DNA of 64,000 nt from Mayamaea pseudoterrestris (GCA_027923505.1 BROI01000003.1:62001-126000); one strand, 5' to 3'; shown: positions 45,339-57,532, counted from the stretch's first letter. Notes: generated by a model from the letters alone, not told the origin. Program-made: numbers and translations.

Positions 45339-48300
45339 AAATTCGAATTTAAAATACTGCGACAGACGTTATAACTCATCGCTCTCGACTCAATGGAAGC
45401 TAATTGTCTGGCAAGCAGCGGCGCAACTTGATGGGGTTTTGTCTTTTGTCAAGGTCGTTTGTCAGAAGAATATGTGACCCGCTACGACATTTGTAGAACC
45501 CGCTACGACTTTTTTCGTTGCCGGTACGACTTAGATTTTACGCAAGTTGCGACGACCGCAACTTTTGCCGCAAGCCCATTGCCCTGCGGGACCACCAGGC
45601 ATCATCCGGTGATTAAGACGTGTTGCAGGACCTTATTGCACCATTTGTTAGCATTCATTTCGTTTGAAACACTTTTAACAGCAGCAACATGTCATCGTAT
45701 CCAACGACAAACTCCGAGTCAATGGAAGCTGCTGGCAGATCCAGCAACAATCATGGATCGTGGCTCCCAATGGCTGCCTTGATCATGCTGCTATTGATCA
45801 GATGGCTGTATTTTGGAGCAGGAGACATTCCGACGAGATTTCGACGGTGGAGTAAACTGCAGGTGCGTGCAGCTGCTGCTGTGAGAAATTTTAAAGCTTG
45901 AGTGAAAGCTACTTAACGAGACTATCGATTAACTAAGCTGCAACTGTCATCGGTGATTTTTAAAACGAATTGTTAATATTCTGCAAAATGTTTCTCATCG
46001 ATCGGGTCTCGACCTTTCTCCTCTCACCCTCGCATCACTCGTCGTCGTTGCCCATTGCAGAGCCTTCGACTACGACAATCGCTTGGATTTCGCGACAATA
46101 GTGTCTACAAGTCGGGAGCTGCTGGGCACGGTGCCAGCGCTAAGGTCAAGAGACAAGGGTGATTGAAAGACGAGTGAACGGCACGTAAAAGGTAAGCCCT
46201 CTCTCAATATCTGGTGCATTGATTACGGAAGGCCGCTTTGCATGACACTTGCAGCGAACTGAATGTTTATACAGTTTTTCTGATTGAATTACGGCCCTCC
46301 CAGAGTGTATCGCTGGGCCCTCCATATGACCATTCCGATTGAGCATCCGCGAGAATGGACAGTTACGGGGCCTACAATTACTCAAGACCTGGAGCAATGT
46401 TTGATTCATTACACCATATTGTTCACTCATCATTTCCTCTAGTCATTTCTTTAGATACCAATAATTGACGTTACTCGCAACACCGTTGATGCTTCATGGG
46501 GTGCCAGTAGTGGACACGGTTTACGACCTCCAGGCATCGAGCTAGCGGCAGCTTAATCGCCCAAAGCTCATATAGGAGCAACAAATCTCTCATAGAATGT
46601 GTGTCGAGTATAATTGCGTGCTTGAAAACGTTTTGAGTATGTACTTTTATTTCTTTGGCTCAAGCTATTAGCGATTCACTTGCTTGCTTGATCGAACCTT
46701 TGCCATTCCTTGCTGCAATACGTCAAAGATCGGCACCGGGAGGAAGGCGCAACGGAAGAAAGACTTCCTTTTTTATTCTAGCGAGCAGAACATGCTCGAG
46801 CAATGAAGTGATTCATCGGGGATCAGCAATGAGACAAAGCTCGTACAATCGCAAGACATGGCCCCGTGCGACGAGATCTCTTTAAAAAGAGGATCTTTGC
46901 CCATAGTATGCATCATTCCTATTGCCTAGTGCAACAGCATCTTGATTGTAGCGCGGTGCCTCGACAGGGTATATTGGTCTCGGGCGGGCAAATCGCTAAC
47001 AAACCATCCATTTCTGTCGCGTGAGCTAATCCTGAGCCAGCAACCGCCCACGACAGTGTAGCGAGTACAGCTTGCGTTCCCCAATGGCCATGTGGTGCAA
47101 GATCTTGTGGCGCTGCGGAGAATCGCGTCCAATCATTGTAGAAACAACGTCAACATGGAAATTTTCGTTCTAATTCAACTCAGTTTAAGTCCTCGTCGAG
47201 TTCCAATGCGTGTCCTTGTCGAAATCCAATGCGCGGTAGGTCGAGCGATTGAACCGTACCATTTCCATGGTTGCCCTTGTTCTTAGTAGAAAGCTGGAGC
47301 TCATGGCGTGCGCCGTGTCATTGCTTTTGCCCGCTTTTCATTTGGATTTCCACTCATACTTCACGCGGAACAAGCATGCTCGTGCCTTAGCCAATAGTTT
47401 GCCGCAAGCTCCAAACGAGTCGAGGTTCGGAGCGACGCGGATATGCTTGTAAAGACTTTCATCGTTTCGAAAGGGAACGTTTCTGTCCATGTCTTCATCG
47501 TTACAAACTCCCGTTCACTCAGTACCGGTAGGAGATACCATTGGGTACAATGACAGTTCTCGGGCTATTCTTCACGAACGCTAGTATATATCGCTATTCG
47601 CCAAGACATATGATCGATCTTGGCATGATTAATTGCGAATTTATAGGGCTATTTATCATGATTGATCCACCCAGCGATGAATTTGATTGCCGGGCATCTA
47701 CGCTTCTTGTCATTAGAGTGTTCTCGCAGCCAATGTTGTGTCGCGTGTCGTGTCATGATGACGTACTTCATGTCTCATTCATGACTCATTTGATTTTGTG
47801 TCGCGACACGGAGTTAACCTTTAACCTTACGGTCTGACAAATTCGCTCGTTTTTGTCGCATGCCAAAAATCGGATGCAACACGAACAGCCTTCGTGTCGG
47901 GTCCATTGCACCTACCATAACTTGACTAATAAAGGGACTGCTACTATACTACTATATTCAATAGAAAGCCAAGATCACCCGCTACAAGTTAAGCTAATCA
48001 GAAGTAGATTTGGTCATGTTTCGCTATACTTGTGGAGCGTCAAAGTTTGGTCATTTCCGTGTCGTGATGGCTCCGTCTTGCACGGTGTCATCGCGCGTGC
48101 GGACGAGTCGCTCGTCGTCTCGTCGTTGTGAACGCTCCTTTTGCTGCATCAACTGCCTCCACTTTCACCAAGAGACCTTTCAATCAGCCAGATATTATAT
48201 ATCAAGTAAAAGGACTTGAAAACACTCCGTCTGCTGGTCATGGTCCCGCTGGAGCAATTGGCCTCGGTTCGCAAAGATTGTCGTAGTGCCGGTGCAGCTG

Positions 48301-49033
48301 CCTTGATGGCTCCAATACTTGAACGCATTCTACTGCCAGAGAATACAAAGATGCACACTATAGTTCACGAATTCTTGTTTATTACACTTTACAGCTTGTG
48401 CTAGTCAGATGAAAATGCGCGCGACTGATGAGGCTGCATGCCGCCGGAGGAGAAACCATCAAGCTAGGACTTAAATGACATTTTCATAGCAATATTATAA
48501 AGCTGGATGGTGTTTTGCAGTCTTTCATTTACTTGTAGTCAATCAGCAGCCAAGGCGGCCAAGGCGTTGGTCCCGAGAGGCAGGCACGGCGGCACGGACG
48601 ACGGGTGGTGATTGTTGATGCGACCGATTCAAAACTGCCGCGCCAAGTGACAAAAGTTGGCTTGTGTGCTGGAAAATGACTCATTTGATATTGTATACGT
48701 GGCAATAGTTCGGGCTCATGCGACACGACATGTGACACAACATTGGCTGCGAGAACACTCTATTGAATTACGTCATGCACACGATTATTGGGCGTAGAAT
48801 GGACATCCAATAAGAATGTCAATCTTGGGCCTAAATACTCCGAGAGAACTTTACTGTGGAGCCAACAGTGGAATTCTCTCTGACTCGTCAGTCTTGGTTC
48901 AATAACAATGTCCAGCCCCGGCGAGCCTCGACGCGCCACCTCACTTGCGAGAATTGCCGCCTCCTCATTGCCCATAATATCCATCATTCCTCACACTCAA
49001 CAATACCCCACCCCACGATCAATTCCAATCACC

Positions 49034-49855
49034 ATGTGCAGCGGAAATCCAAGCTACTCGCAATCGGTCGACCATGTTCGGCCGCTGTCGGAGCCTCGGC
49101 GCAAGAGACTCGTTGACTACTCCAAGCGAAAGCCGTCGCAGCAGTCCAATGATGGAAGTCCACCCGTTCAGGAACGGCAGGTTCTTGGCAACAGCCTCCA
49201 TTACGGAAACCATGCAATGGAAGATTTTGAACAAGACAGTGATCATGGCGTGACAAAGGACTCTGATTCTCCTTTCAAGCCGACTCATCGTCAGTCGCTG
49301 CTGGCATCCAGTGCCTCGGTCGCCGCGCCACGAAGAGCAGCACCCAGTCGCACCAAGAGTCTTGACATGATGTACCCAAGCCTTCCGCAACAGACGCGCC
49401 GCCGGGGCAGCAACGACTCCAGTGTGGGAGGACGTCGCTACAGCAATGACGGTGGTGGCGCTCCACTGTCAAACCGCAACGGTCGCCGCTACAGCAACGA
49501 TGGCGTGATTCACACCCGCCGCCGCAACGCTGAAACATCCTATTCAATCATGTCAACGGCGACTCTACTTGAACCAGAGGACGAGACTATTCCGTTGAAC
49601 ATTGATGTTGGTTGTGCCGCTGTGGATCAATTGTACGTGGAACCGCTCGACAATGAGTCCAATCACGATAGCAAGACACCCAAGCGTCGCGGGGGAAAAC
49701 GCAGCAGCAAGCAGCGCCTACGTCCTCCAGCGCCGGATGCCACTGCTGACTTGGATCCCTTGCAGTTTATGCAGCAGTATCAGCAAAAAATGAGACGCCG
49801 GGGAAGTTGCTTGGCCACGAGTGTGCCGGTGTCGAAAGCTACTATGGTAGTCTGA
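49034..49855 (+). CDS. Hypothetical disordered protein with RRxS motifs
   Basis: ORF 48908-49855, likely ATG at 49034; RRRGS twice, RRYSNDG twice. Confidence 0.6.
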   Translation: MCSGNPSYSQSVDHVRPLSEPRRKRLVDYSKRKPSQQSNDGSPPVQERQVLGNSLHYGNHAMEDFEQDSDHGVTKDSDSPFKPTHRQSLLASSASVAAPRRAAPSRTKSLDMMYPSLPQQTRRRGSNDSSVGGRRYSNDGGGAPLSNRNGRRYSNDGVIHTRRRNAETSYSIMSTATLLEPEDETIPLNIDVGCAAVDQLYVEPLDNESNHDSKTPKRRGGKRSSKQRLRPPAPDATADLDPLQFMQQYQQKMRRRGSCLATSVPVSKATMVV

Positions 49856-50127
49856 GGAGTATGACAACGAGACGTTCAATAGATTTGCGCAATACAGTAT
49901 TATGATAAAGCTTAAAGATAAATGCATCGCACTAGCTGTCTGTTCATATAATAGTAAATCGTCATGTTTTGGCGGCAGCACTCGTTGAAGCATACCAGAG
50001 CTAAGACACAAGCTATGTCCCAGCGTTACAAACTGACGCCGCGAACCTCTGCCAACGACCAAGATCGAAGAACCTCAATCGTGAGCACATTTTATTACAA
50101 TACGCCGATACTTGCAAAAGCAGCACG

Positions 50128-50484
50128 ATGCTATCAGTTGTGTCAAGAAGGAATTTGTTTATTTACCGAAGAGCATTGGCGTGCCATTACTCAGTTTCAA
50201 ATCTAGTTGCAAGCGCCAACAGGAGTGGTGATCAGCACGAGTACGATCAGCAGCCATGGCGAAAGAAGCAACTTGATCGCCTTGAAACAAAGTTTACTGC
50301 TTCAGTCGAGACGGAAGAGGAACTGCAGCCTATGTGGAAATCCATGGAGAGTCGAGTGAAGCAGCGGCGACCGCGGACTATACAAGAGACTGGCGGAAAG
50401 AGCGGACGAGCAAATGTCAAGCAGACGGAGGAGGATGCATGGCTTGAGGCAGGTTTGTATGATGAACTTCAGAAAGAAAAGTGA
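50128..50484 (+). CDS. Small hypothetical protein, possibly mitochondrial
   Basis: 118 aa; Arg/Ser-rich N-terminus lacking acidic residues; conserved-looking WKSMESRV...R...G..GR.NV..TEEDAWLEAGLY block. Confidence 0.55.
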   Translation: MLSVVSRRNLFIYRRALACHYSVSNLVASANRSGDQHEYDQQPWRKKQLDRLETKFTASVETEEELQPMWKSMESRVKQRRPRTIQETGGKSGRANVKQTEEDAWLEAGLYDELQKEK

Positions 50485-50553
50485 ACTAGAAAGATATAGT
50501 AAAATTTATATAATTTGAAAATATACACGTTCGTTTGCGAGATATCCTAGCAC

Positions 50554-51675
50554 TTAGTTTGTCTGAAGCCGAACACTTGTTGGACACTTTGTTTTGGCTT
50601 TGTTGTTAGCTTTCCGAATGGCACACTCCACCTTTGCAATGCTCGTCATGACAGCGACGTATCGAGGATTGCTCGTATCTGTCTTTAAACGATCATAAAC
50701 GTCGCGCGTTGTCGCGTAGCTTTCCCAAGCATCTTGCAACTCTCCTCGCGCCTCACGCACCATACTGACGTTGAACAAGGAGTTCGCGACTTCGAAATGT
50801 ATAGGACCATGCATTCGCCGAAGAATGCCTAAAGATTTCGTGAAACTGACCATGGCAGCATCGTATTCACCCATATTGAGCTGGACGTAACCAATCAAGT
50901 CGAGTGTCTGCACAGCGAATGCATTATTCTGACCGTAAGCTTGCTTTGTCAAGGTCCATGCTTCACTCAAGACTGTCTTTGCTTCTTCCAAGTTGTTTTG
51001 CTGGCATTCTACCTGGCCAATGTTATACAAAGCGTTGGCCATGTCTTTTGCGCTGCCATTCTTCATTCGCAGGTCTTGGAGAGCCAACTGGTAGTATTTC
51101 AGGGACGTGGTTAAATCACCACGTAGATTCGCACAGTTACCAAGATTACTTAATGTATCGGCTATCAGCAACTTGGGTGCCAGCTTCTCTTTCATAGCAA
51201 GTGATTCTTCCAAGCACTGATGTGCTAGTAGCAAATTTCCGAGCTGGAGATATGCTGCGCCAATGTTTCCCAATGCCAACGCCACACCTATATACTTTTC
51301 ACCAACCATGGCACATTGCATGCTGAGTGCCATTTCAAATTCGCGCAATGCTTTGTTATACCGGCGATCCTGATACATTTTTACGCCAGTTTCCATGTGT
51401 CGACTCCCGATGTAATTTTGCTCGAGGATGGATTTACAATTAATGGTGTCGCTGGTGTTGCTAAAGGTTTTGCATGTTGCGTTTCTAGTTCTCTGAGTAT
51501 CTATCGATCGATTTGTACTGTTATTATCTCTTGCATCAATGACGGAGATGTGTACTTCCCGAACCTTTGGCTTGTCACCTTTATTTGTCTTTGCAGCGTC
51601 GGTCGGCTTTTCCTGGAACAAGTCAATGCCTCTCGAGACTATGCCGCCGCGAGCACTTTGCAGCTGAGAAACCAT
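50554..51675 (-). CDS. Tetratricopeptide-repeat protein (kinesin light chain-type TPRs)
   Basis: About six 42-aa repeats: ALALGNIGAAY, ADTLSNLGNC, ANALYNIGQV, VQTLDLIGYV, ANSLFNVSMV. Confidence 0.88.
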   Translation of the reverse strand: MVSQLQSARGGIVSRGIDLFQEKPTDAAKTNKGDKPKVREVHISVIDARDNNSTNRSIDTQRTRNATCKTFSNTSDTINCKSILEQNYIGSRHMETGVKMYQDRRYNKALREFEMALSMQCAMVGEKYIGVALALGNIGAAYLQLGNLLLAHQCLEESLAMKEKLAPKLLIADTLSNLGNCANLRGDLTTSLKYYQLALQDLRMKNGSAKDMANALYNIGQVECQQNNLEEAKTVLSEAWTLTKQAYGQNNAFAVQTLDLIGYVQLNMGEYDAAMVSFTKSLGILRRMHGPIHFEVANSLFNVSMVREARGELQDAWESYATTRDVYDRLKTDTSNPRYVAVMTSIAKVECAIRKANNKAKTKCPTSVRLQTN

Positions 51676-51994
51676 GGCAAGCAGCGGTCAAAGTACAGCT
51701 TAATTAATGCCAGATGAAGCTCGGTCTATAGAATAAAGAAGCGCCGCGTAGGATGGGAGTGGTGTCACCCACGTCGTCTCGAACCTCAACAACGAAAAGG
51801 TGAGGAAACGGATGAGCATAACCGTTGAGTGGTGTCGCCACAGAGTTACTTAACGAAAATAGCGACGTTGGGACTCGGCTCGCTCGTGAGGTAAACCAGT
51901 GCGACGCAGGCTACTTGGCCGACAGTCGCAACAAAATCACTGTATGCAGTTCCCTCATGGCGAAAATATATCCAAGTAAGTGAGTTCTACCTAT

Positions 51995-54900
51995 CTAGGA
52001 CTTGCTATCTGTCACTGCCATTTCGGCTTTCTTCACTTGACTTTCAAGAACACGAGCAAGACGACCTACCAAAAAGTCGTAAGCAGACTCAAATACACCA
52101 TTGTCATCGTAGACACCAACATTCCTATCGACTGCTTCAATATCTCGGTATCTTTCACTCGTCTGCGTTGCTTGAGTTACCTTATCCTCTCCGTTCCAAC
52201 CGTTGCCAGTCTTTTTCTTGGGCTTCTGTCGTTTGGGTTTCGTCTTACCCAGCTCATGGTCTGCAGCAGAGTTTGATACTTCGGCAAGTGCACTGACACT
52301 TCCTTTCGTAGTCCTTGCTTTCTCCAATTTTTGCTTACCATTAGTAAGGCCATTGTTCTTGCTCTCCAGAGCACCGTCTTTGACGATTGAAGGAGTCTTT
52401 GATAAATTCTTGCCGTTGCGAGACGAGCGCGGGGCGCTCTCCAACACTTTAACAGTGCTATCCGCTGTTAACGGTGCAATCGCCTTTATTACTCCATTCA
52501 AATCCATTGGCATCTGAGTGACTGAGCTATTTAAACAAGTCGAGGGAAGTTGCGTAGCGTCACCCTCGTCCAATATATCTGACGCTGCGGGTTCGAGCTT
52601 GATCTGGGCGGCATCAGTCGGCAAATGAGTAACAGAGATACCAATACTGTCAGCGAGTATTTCAGTCCCGTCCTTCTCCTCCGCGCCAATTGAACCTACG
52701 TCGTTAACCTCATTCTGAGCAGCACCCGGCGCAGCCAGCACCGCATCGACGGAGGTCGGTTGGTCATCGGATGGAGCATACCTTGTTCCATCGGCCAATG
52801 ACTGAGACACAATCTCCCCGTTCGCTGTTGATATGGTAGTGACGCTATTGGCTTTGATGTCATCCTCGATACCGGATGCATCTGCCTCGAGAGTTAGGTT
52901 GGCAGACTTCTTAGTTCTCTTCTTGGACTTCTTTTTTGCTTTTACCCCGTCATCGTTTATTTGCTTCTGCTCGCCCAGATCGGCTGTAAGGCTTTTCATC
53001 AGCTCTTTCTCAGCTGTATCAGCTCGCCATTCATCAACATACGTAGATAAATGCTGAAAAAGAAGGACAACCAAGATACAGCCCGCTCGGTGTTCTTCTT
53101 TCCCTGGGTGACAAGGAGCATCTGTCACAAATGTATCTTCTGCCTCATCCGACATTGCCCGTAGAAGATTACAAGGCATGTGCAAAGGTGCAGAAGAGCT
53201 TTGCATCGATGGGTGCATCATTGGTCTACAGTAAGGTCGTGAGATCGTCCAGAAATCTGTACACACTTCTTCGCAGAGGCGAAAACTTGATCGCAAAGAA
53301 TCGAGCGAATGCGGAATGCACAGGTTGTCTAAAAACCGAAGAGCAGAAGCTCGCATCGAAAAGTCGTCGCTGACGCCGATGCTAAAAAAGGCAGAGTCCT
53401 CCCGTGGCATGGTAGTCGTATGATTGACACCTTCCAGCGCCTGAACAACATTCAGCAACGACGCACGTAGCTGCTCCAATTGCATATCATGCTCATGCTC
53501 CATTTTCTGCGCGGTTGGAAAGTGACAAGTCACTGTGCAACGACACAAGTCGCCAATAAACGTTTCCCACATTCGGTCGGTCTGTTCTAGCGAGTGGAGC
53601 ATCGGCGAGACGCGTCTAGCTTTGTTACAAAAAATGTCCCTCGTGAATAATTTATGCCGCACTGTAGTTTGTGGTTCGATAGAAATACCAAAAATCCCTG
53701 CCGGTACTTCCGTATGAGCGATATTGTAAACAACCTCTTCAAGCAATTGAATCGCAACTAACTTCTTGCCCACCAGTGCGCGATAAGCACCTCTCATCTT
53801 CTTGGAAGTGAGGATAGTCGGAAAAACACCTTGGGGACTTACGCATTCTTGCCAAAGCTGCTCATATTCCGCAACAGAGTCGACACAACCTTTAAAATAT
53901 TGCATGAGCGCATTCAACAGTTCCTCGATGTGCAGCTTCAATTCAGATTCGCCTTTAGCTTCAGCTCGACCGCCCATCGAAAATGCGGCAGCCGTAGCAA
54001 TATGTGCCGCCAGCAGCGGCTGAATCATCTTGCAACGCACCAGATGAAAAAGCTCGTTAAGTTCTTTGTCAATAGAATCGAGTACCGCAAAGGTGAGTGT
54101 ATCAAGGTCTTTCGTCAAAGTCGTTTCCGTCCGGTGCCATTTCAGCTCCAATTCTCTAACGTCGCGCAACACTGTGTTACGAATCTCGTCCCATTCTCGG
54201 CCCCTCGCTTTACTCATGCCGATAATGGCCTCGACTTTTTGCTTTGTTAGTTCTATGACTTTGTAATCCATTTTGCTCAATCGTTCATCCTGAGTAAATC
54301 CTAGCGCAAGCACATGGTCGTGCATCAAGTCAAGAATCGCTTGAAGCACTTCATGGTTGCTGCCATCCAATGGTACTTGCAGAGCCCAGTATAAATCGCC
54401 ATTTGTTTTCTCCAATCCATCTAAACGTTCAAACCGCAAGCGGCAACCAGCATTCAGTGACAGCAGGCCTTCCTCCATGGCCATGTAGTCAAAAGACGCC
54501 GCTGGCTTTTGGTCAAGACAAATTTGAGCACGATGTGATATAAATCGATTCATTCGTTCCTTGCAATCTTTGCAACGAATGTTGCTAATGGACTTGACCA
54601 AGTCAGAGTGAGAAATGCGAATGGTACTAAACCCTGTCTCGATAGTGGAAAATTGGTCCATGTAAAGTGAAACGTCTTGATCTTCCATCTTGGCAAGAAG
54701 GTGATCGAGAAAGGCGTCAAAATGGTGATGCCGTATGCGATGCGACCGGGAGGTAGGCGGCCCCGTTTCGAGTGCCTGCTCAAGCATTAGAGGTGCACCT
54801 TCTTCTCGTGTATCCGTCGACTCGGTTGCGTCAATTTCCTGCGTAGCATGCGGCTCCTCCTCCCGCTCTTTTCCATCAAATGCAATAGTTTCTACATTCC

Positions 54901-55249
54901 CATTGCCAATCTTCTTTTTCTTCTTCTTTCGTTTCTTCTTTTTCGCCGCCGCATCACTTTCGTTGTGCAGTCCAGACGCAAGCATTGACGCAGATGATGG
55001 TTCTAGCGCAAGCTCCTCCTGTCGCCGCCTCTTAAGCAAGTGCCATAATATATTAGCTAGCGCCGTCTTGTTATCAATTAAATCAACGGCAAGTTCGCAG
55101 AGCGCGCGACAGCATGGAACGTCACGATTATGGTTGTGATCCAAAACTGTTTCAAAAGACGACTGCTTTAGCTGAAGGCGATTGTTTCGAGTCTCTTGGA
55201 GCTTTTGTTGTTTCTCGCTTCGTGTTTTCTGTACTTGCGGCAATGGCAT
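51995..55249 (-). CDS. Large hypothetical protein with polybasic NLS-like tracts (ORF open to 55327)
   Basis: >1000-aa ORF; KKKKRKKKKKK and KKKSKKRTKK tracts, CxxC pairs (CRALC, CKDC), helical core, disordered C-terminus. Confidence 0.75.
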   Translation of the reverse strand: MPLPQVQKTRSEKQQKLQETRNNRLQLKQSSFETVLDHNHNRDVPCCRALCELAVDLIDNKTALANILWHLLKRRRQEELALEPSSASMLASGLHNESDAAAKKKKRKKKKKKIGNGNVETIAFDGKEREEEPHATQEIDATESTDTREEGAPLMLEQALETGPPTSRSHRIRHHHFDAFLDHLLAKMEDQDVSLYMDQFSTIETGFSTIRISHSDLVKSISNIRCKDCKERMNRFISHRAQICLDQKPAASFDYMAMEEGLLSLNAGCRLRFERLDGLEKTNGDLYWALQVPLDGSNHEVLQAILDLMHDHVLALGFTQDERLSKMDYKVIELTKQKVEAIIGMSKARGREWDEIRNTVLRDVRELELKWHRTETTLTKDLDTLTFAVLDSIDKELNELFHLVRCKMIQPLLAAHIATAAAFSMGGRAEAKGESELKLHIEELLNALMQYFKGCVDSVAEYEQLWQECVSPQGVFPTILTSKKMRGAYRALVGKKLVAIQLLEEVVYNIAHTEVPAGIFGISIEPQTTVRHKLFTRDIFCNKARRVSPMLHSLEQTDRMWETFIGDLCRCTVTCHFPTAQKMEHEHDMQLEQLRASLLNVVQALEGVNHTTTMPREDSAFFSIGVSDDFSMRASALRFLDNLCIPHSLDSLRSSFRLCEEVCTDFWTISRPYCRPMMHPSMQSSSAPLHMPCNLLRAMSDEAEDTFVTDAPCHPGKEEHRAGCILVVLLFQHLSTYVDEWRADTAEKELMKSLTADLGEQKQINDDGVKAKKKSKKRTKKSANLTLEADASGIEDDIKANSVTTISTANGEIVSQSLADGTRYAPSDDQPTSVDAVLAAPGAAQNEVNDVGSIGAEEKDGTEILADSIGISVTHLPTDAAQIKLEPAASDILDEGDATQLPSTCLNSSVTQMPMDLNGVIKAIAPLTADSTVKVLESAPRSSRNGKNLSKTPSIVKDGALESKNNGLTNGKQKLEKARTTKGSVSALAEVSNSAADHELGKTKPKRQKPKKKTGNGWNGEDKVTQATQTSERYRDIEAVDRNVGVYDDNGVFESAYDFLVGRLARVLESQVKKAEMAVTDSKS

Positions 55250-55925
55250 AATAACAAGATTACTGTTCAATGTAGCGTCGCGAGTGAATGAATGAGCAAA
55301 TAAAGCGCAAGAGGCATGGCAATGCACCTGCGGCTGAAAATGAATGCAGCTCCAAAGAATCGAGTGCTCTCACGTTTGAAAATGTCTGACCGTTACTCAA
55401 GTTAACTCTCGGTCCCTTGCTCTGTGGAGTATGTACGTAGCTAACTTGCACAGCAGCTATTAGCATTTACAAAGCCAGACTTTTTGATTGATGAAGTGCG
55501 TGGCTAACATACATTGATCCATTCATTTTTAAAGGGTATTCAAAGCAACGCGCCCAGGCATCACACACAGCTGATTATCGTCGGAATGGCATTCCTTTTT
55601 TCCAGTCTGCCGCGGCCTACTTGTAGAGAAATAGTGAAATTGGTAGCGGATTGTCAGCCAGTATACATCGATTCATCCTCTGCGTGGGATTCATCGATTT
55701 TCACATTAAAACTTCCACAGGTACTGGAGCGTCGTGCAAATGGATCATCAAACCTCGCATCATGTCAATAACTGCTACGTACTCGCCGAAAACGAGGATG
55801 AGGTGAAGCAAAATTCAGATTTGCAGTCAGCTTTATCAGTTGGGAAGCCAACAAACCCATGCATCTCCGCAACGAGATATTTGTTTACTTTAAACTATCT
55901 CACAATGTTTACCCTCAACAATGCC

Positions 55926-57095
55926 TTAAACCCAGAAATGCGCGGCAATGCCCTTTTTCCTCAAGCCGCCAAAGAGATCCATTGACATCTTGATACTTCC
56001 TTGCATGGATGAAGCCCAAGCGGGTGCCAGTTCCACTTGAAAGACATGATGCTCAAAATAGAATTGATCCACCATTTTGCTATACCGATCGTCATTCAGT
56101 AGCTGATACGCCAACGGCACTTCAATCGCACTATGGTCAATGTCAAGCTTAATCACAACAAAGTCCTCCTCCGTAAAATGCTCCAAAAGCATGCGCAGCG
56201 GATTCATTTTGCCTTCCGGATCGGCTTCGACGCCAACATTGATCCAATGGTACTGCGAAAGCATGCTGGACGGAACCAGTTCAAACACACTCGTCGGCGC
56301 CTGCCCCGTAATTTCAAAAGCATACACATGGTCAAAAACAAATCCAAACTTCTTATAGGTATCAAGAATGTAGACTGCTGGCGCACTCTTGTCTTTTTTG
56401 TGAAAGGTCAGAGAGGCTCCCATGTCGATAAAGACAGTCCGTGAAAACGGTGTCAAGCGCTTGCACATGACCTCCCAGTCATGGACCATGTATGTCATTT
56501 TAATGAGATCTTTGTGCGTCTTTTCAGGGTCAAAACAAACGTCTGGATGACGCATCGGCGGAATCAACGGCTCGGCATATCCAAAGGTTCCATGCGAAAG
56601 TTGCTGCGACTCTTTGAAAATACTTGTCAGATTTAAATCCAAAGTGGAACAAAGCTCTTCTCGGTTCACACCAGCTCTGAGAGGAATCCGAAGGTCTTTA
56701 ATATCCATTGTAAATTCATTGGCGCGTTGCGTATAATGCTCCAGTTCCTTGCGATAACTTTGGAGACTGCTATAGGTTGGCAGAGTAGGATCCGTAAAAA
56801 TGCGACATGATGGCATGGTCATATTGCCCCAAGTATCGGCGAGCAGTCCCAGCTCCTCCGCATGATCCACCACATATTTTTCACTGGAGGATGGCTCATA
56901 TAATTTATCCATTCGCTCCGGCTCCAAGAGAAAATTGCCAAGGGTTTGCTGTTGATGCTCTGTCGAACCTGCTGCTGCATCCGTCGGCCACAGGAGACTC
57001 ATGAGTGAATGCTGCAGGCTCAGCTGCTTGCCCAGGACAAGCATGGCACAAGCAATGATCCAAGCAATGAGTGCATATTTGACTAAACTATTCAT
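55926..57095 (-). CDS. Putative FkbM-like SAM-dependent methyltransferase, type II membrane protein
   Basis: N-terminal TM; VFIDMGAS, VYAFE, DFVVIKLDID, VDQFYFEHH motifs. Confidence 0.65.
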   Translation of the reverse strand: MNSLVKYALIAWIIACAMLVLGKQLSLQHSLMSLLWPTDAAAGSTEHQQQTLGNFLLEPERMDKLYEPSSSEKYVVDHAEELGLLADTWGNMTMPSCRIFTDPTLPTYSSLQSYRKELEHYTQRANEFTMDIKDLRIPLRAGVNREELCSTLDLNLTSIFKESQQLSHGTFGYAEPLIPPMRHPDVCFDPEKTHKDLIKMTYMVHDWEVMCKRLTPFSRTVFIDMGASLTFHKKDKSAPAVYILDTYKKFGFVFDHVYAFEITGQAPTSVFELVPSSMLSQYHWINVGVEADPEGKMNPLRMLLEHFTEEDFVVIKLDIDHSAIEVPLAYQLLNDDRYSKMVDQFYFEHHVFQVELAPAWASSMQGSIKMSMDLFGGLRKKGIAAHFWV

Positions 57096-57532
57096 TCCAA
57101 AATGTAGAAAGAGTTGCGCTTGCTTGGAGGGTGGACATTCTATACGTGACGATCGCTCGTCGATTTCTGATTATGGTGCCGACGAAATTGTGAGTCGTAC
57201 CGGTATACACCGAGGAAAATCACACCGGTACACGAATGGAGCGCCAGCATAATATAATCTGATCATATTGAAGATACTGAAAGCTTTAATCATTGATTGA
57301 CGAAGCTACATGCACTACCTAGTAGACCATCATGGTGACATTGGCGTGAAATCACATAAGGGAACAACGAAAGGCAGCTTATGTGCTTGGAAATCATGTA
57401 GCAGCACCTCAAACATGCATGTTATAACTGAATTTATTTGTGAAAATATCTCTATTAAAATCTATATTGCAGTAGTAACTCATACTATATGTAAGCTTTA
57501 TAATGGTGTCAAGTCATCACGCAGCCTCAACG

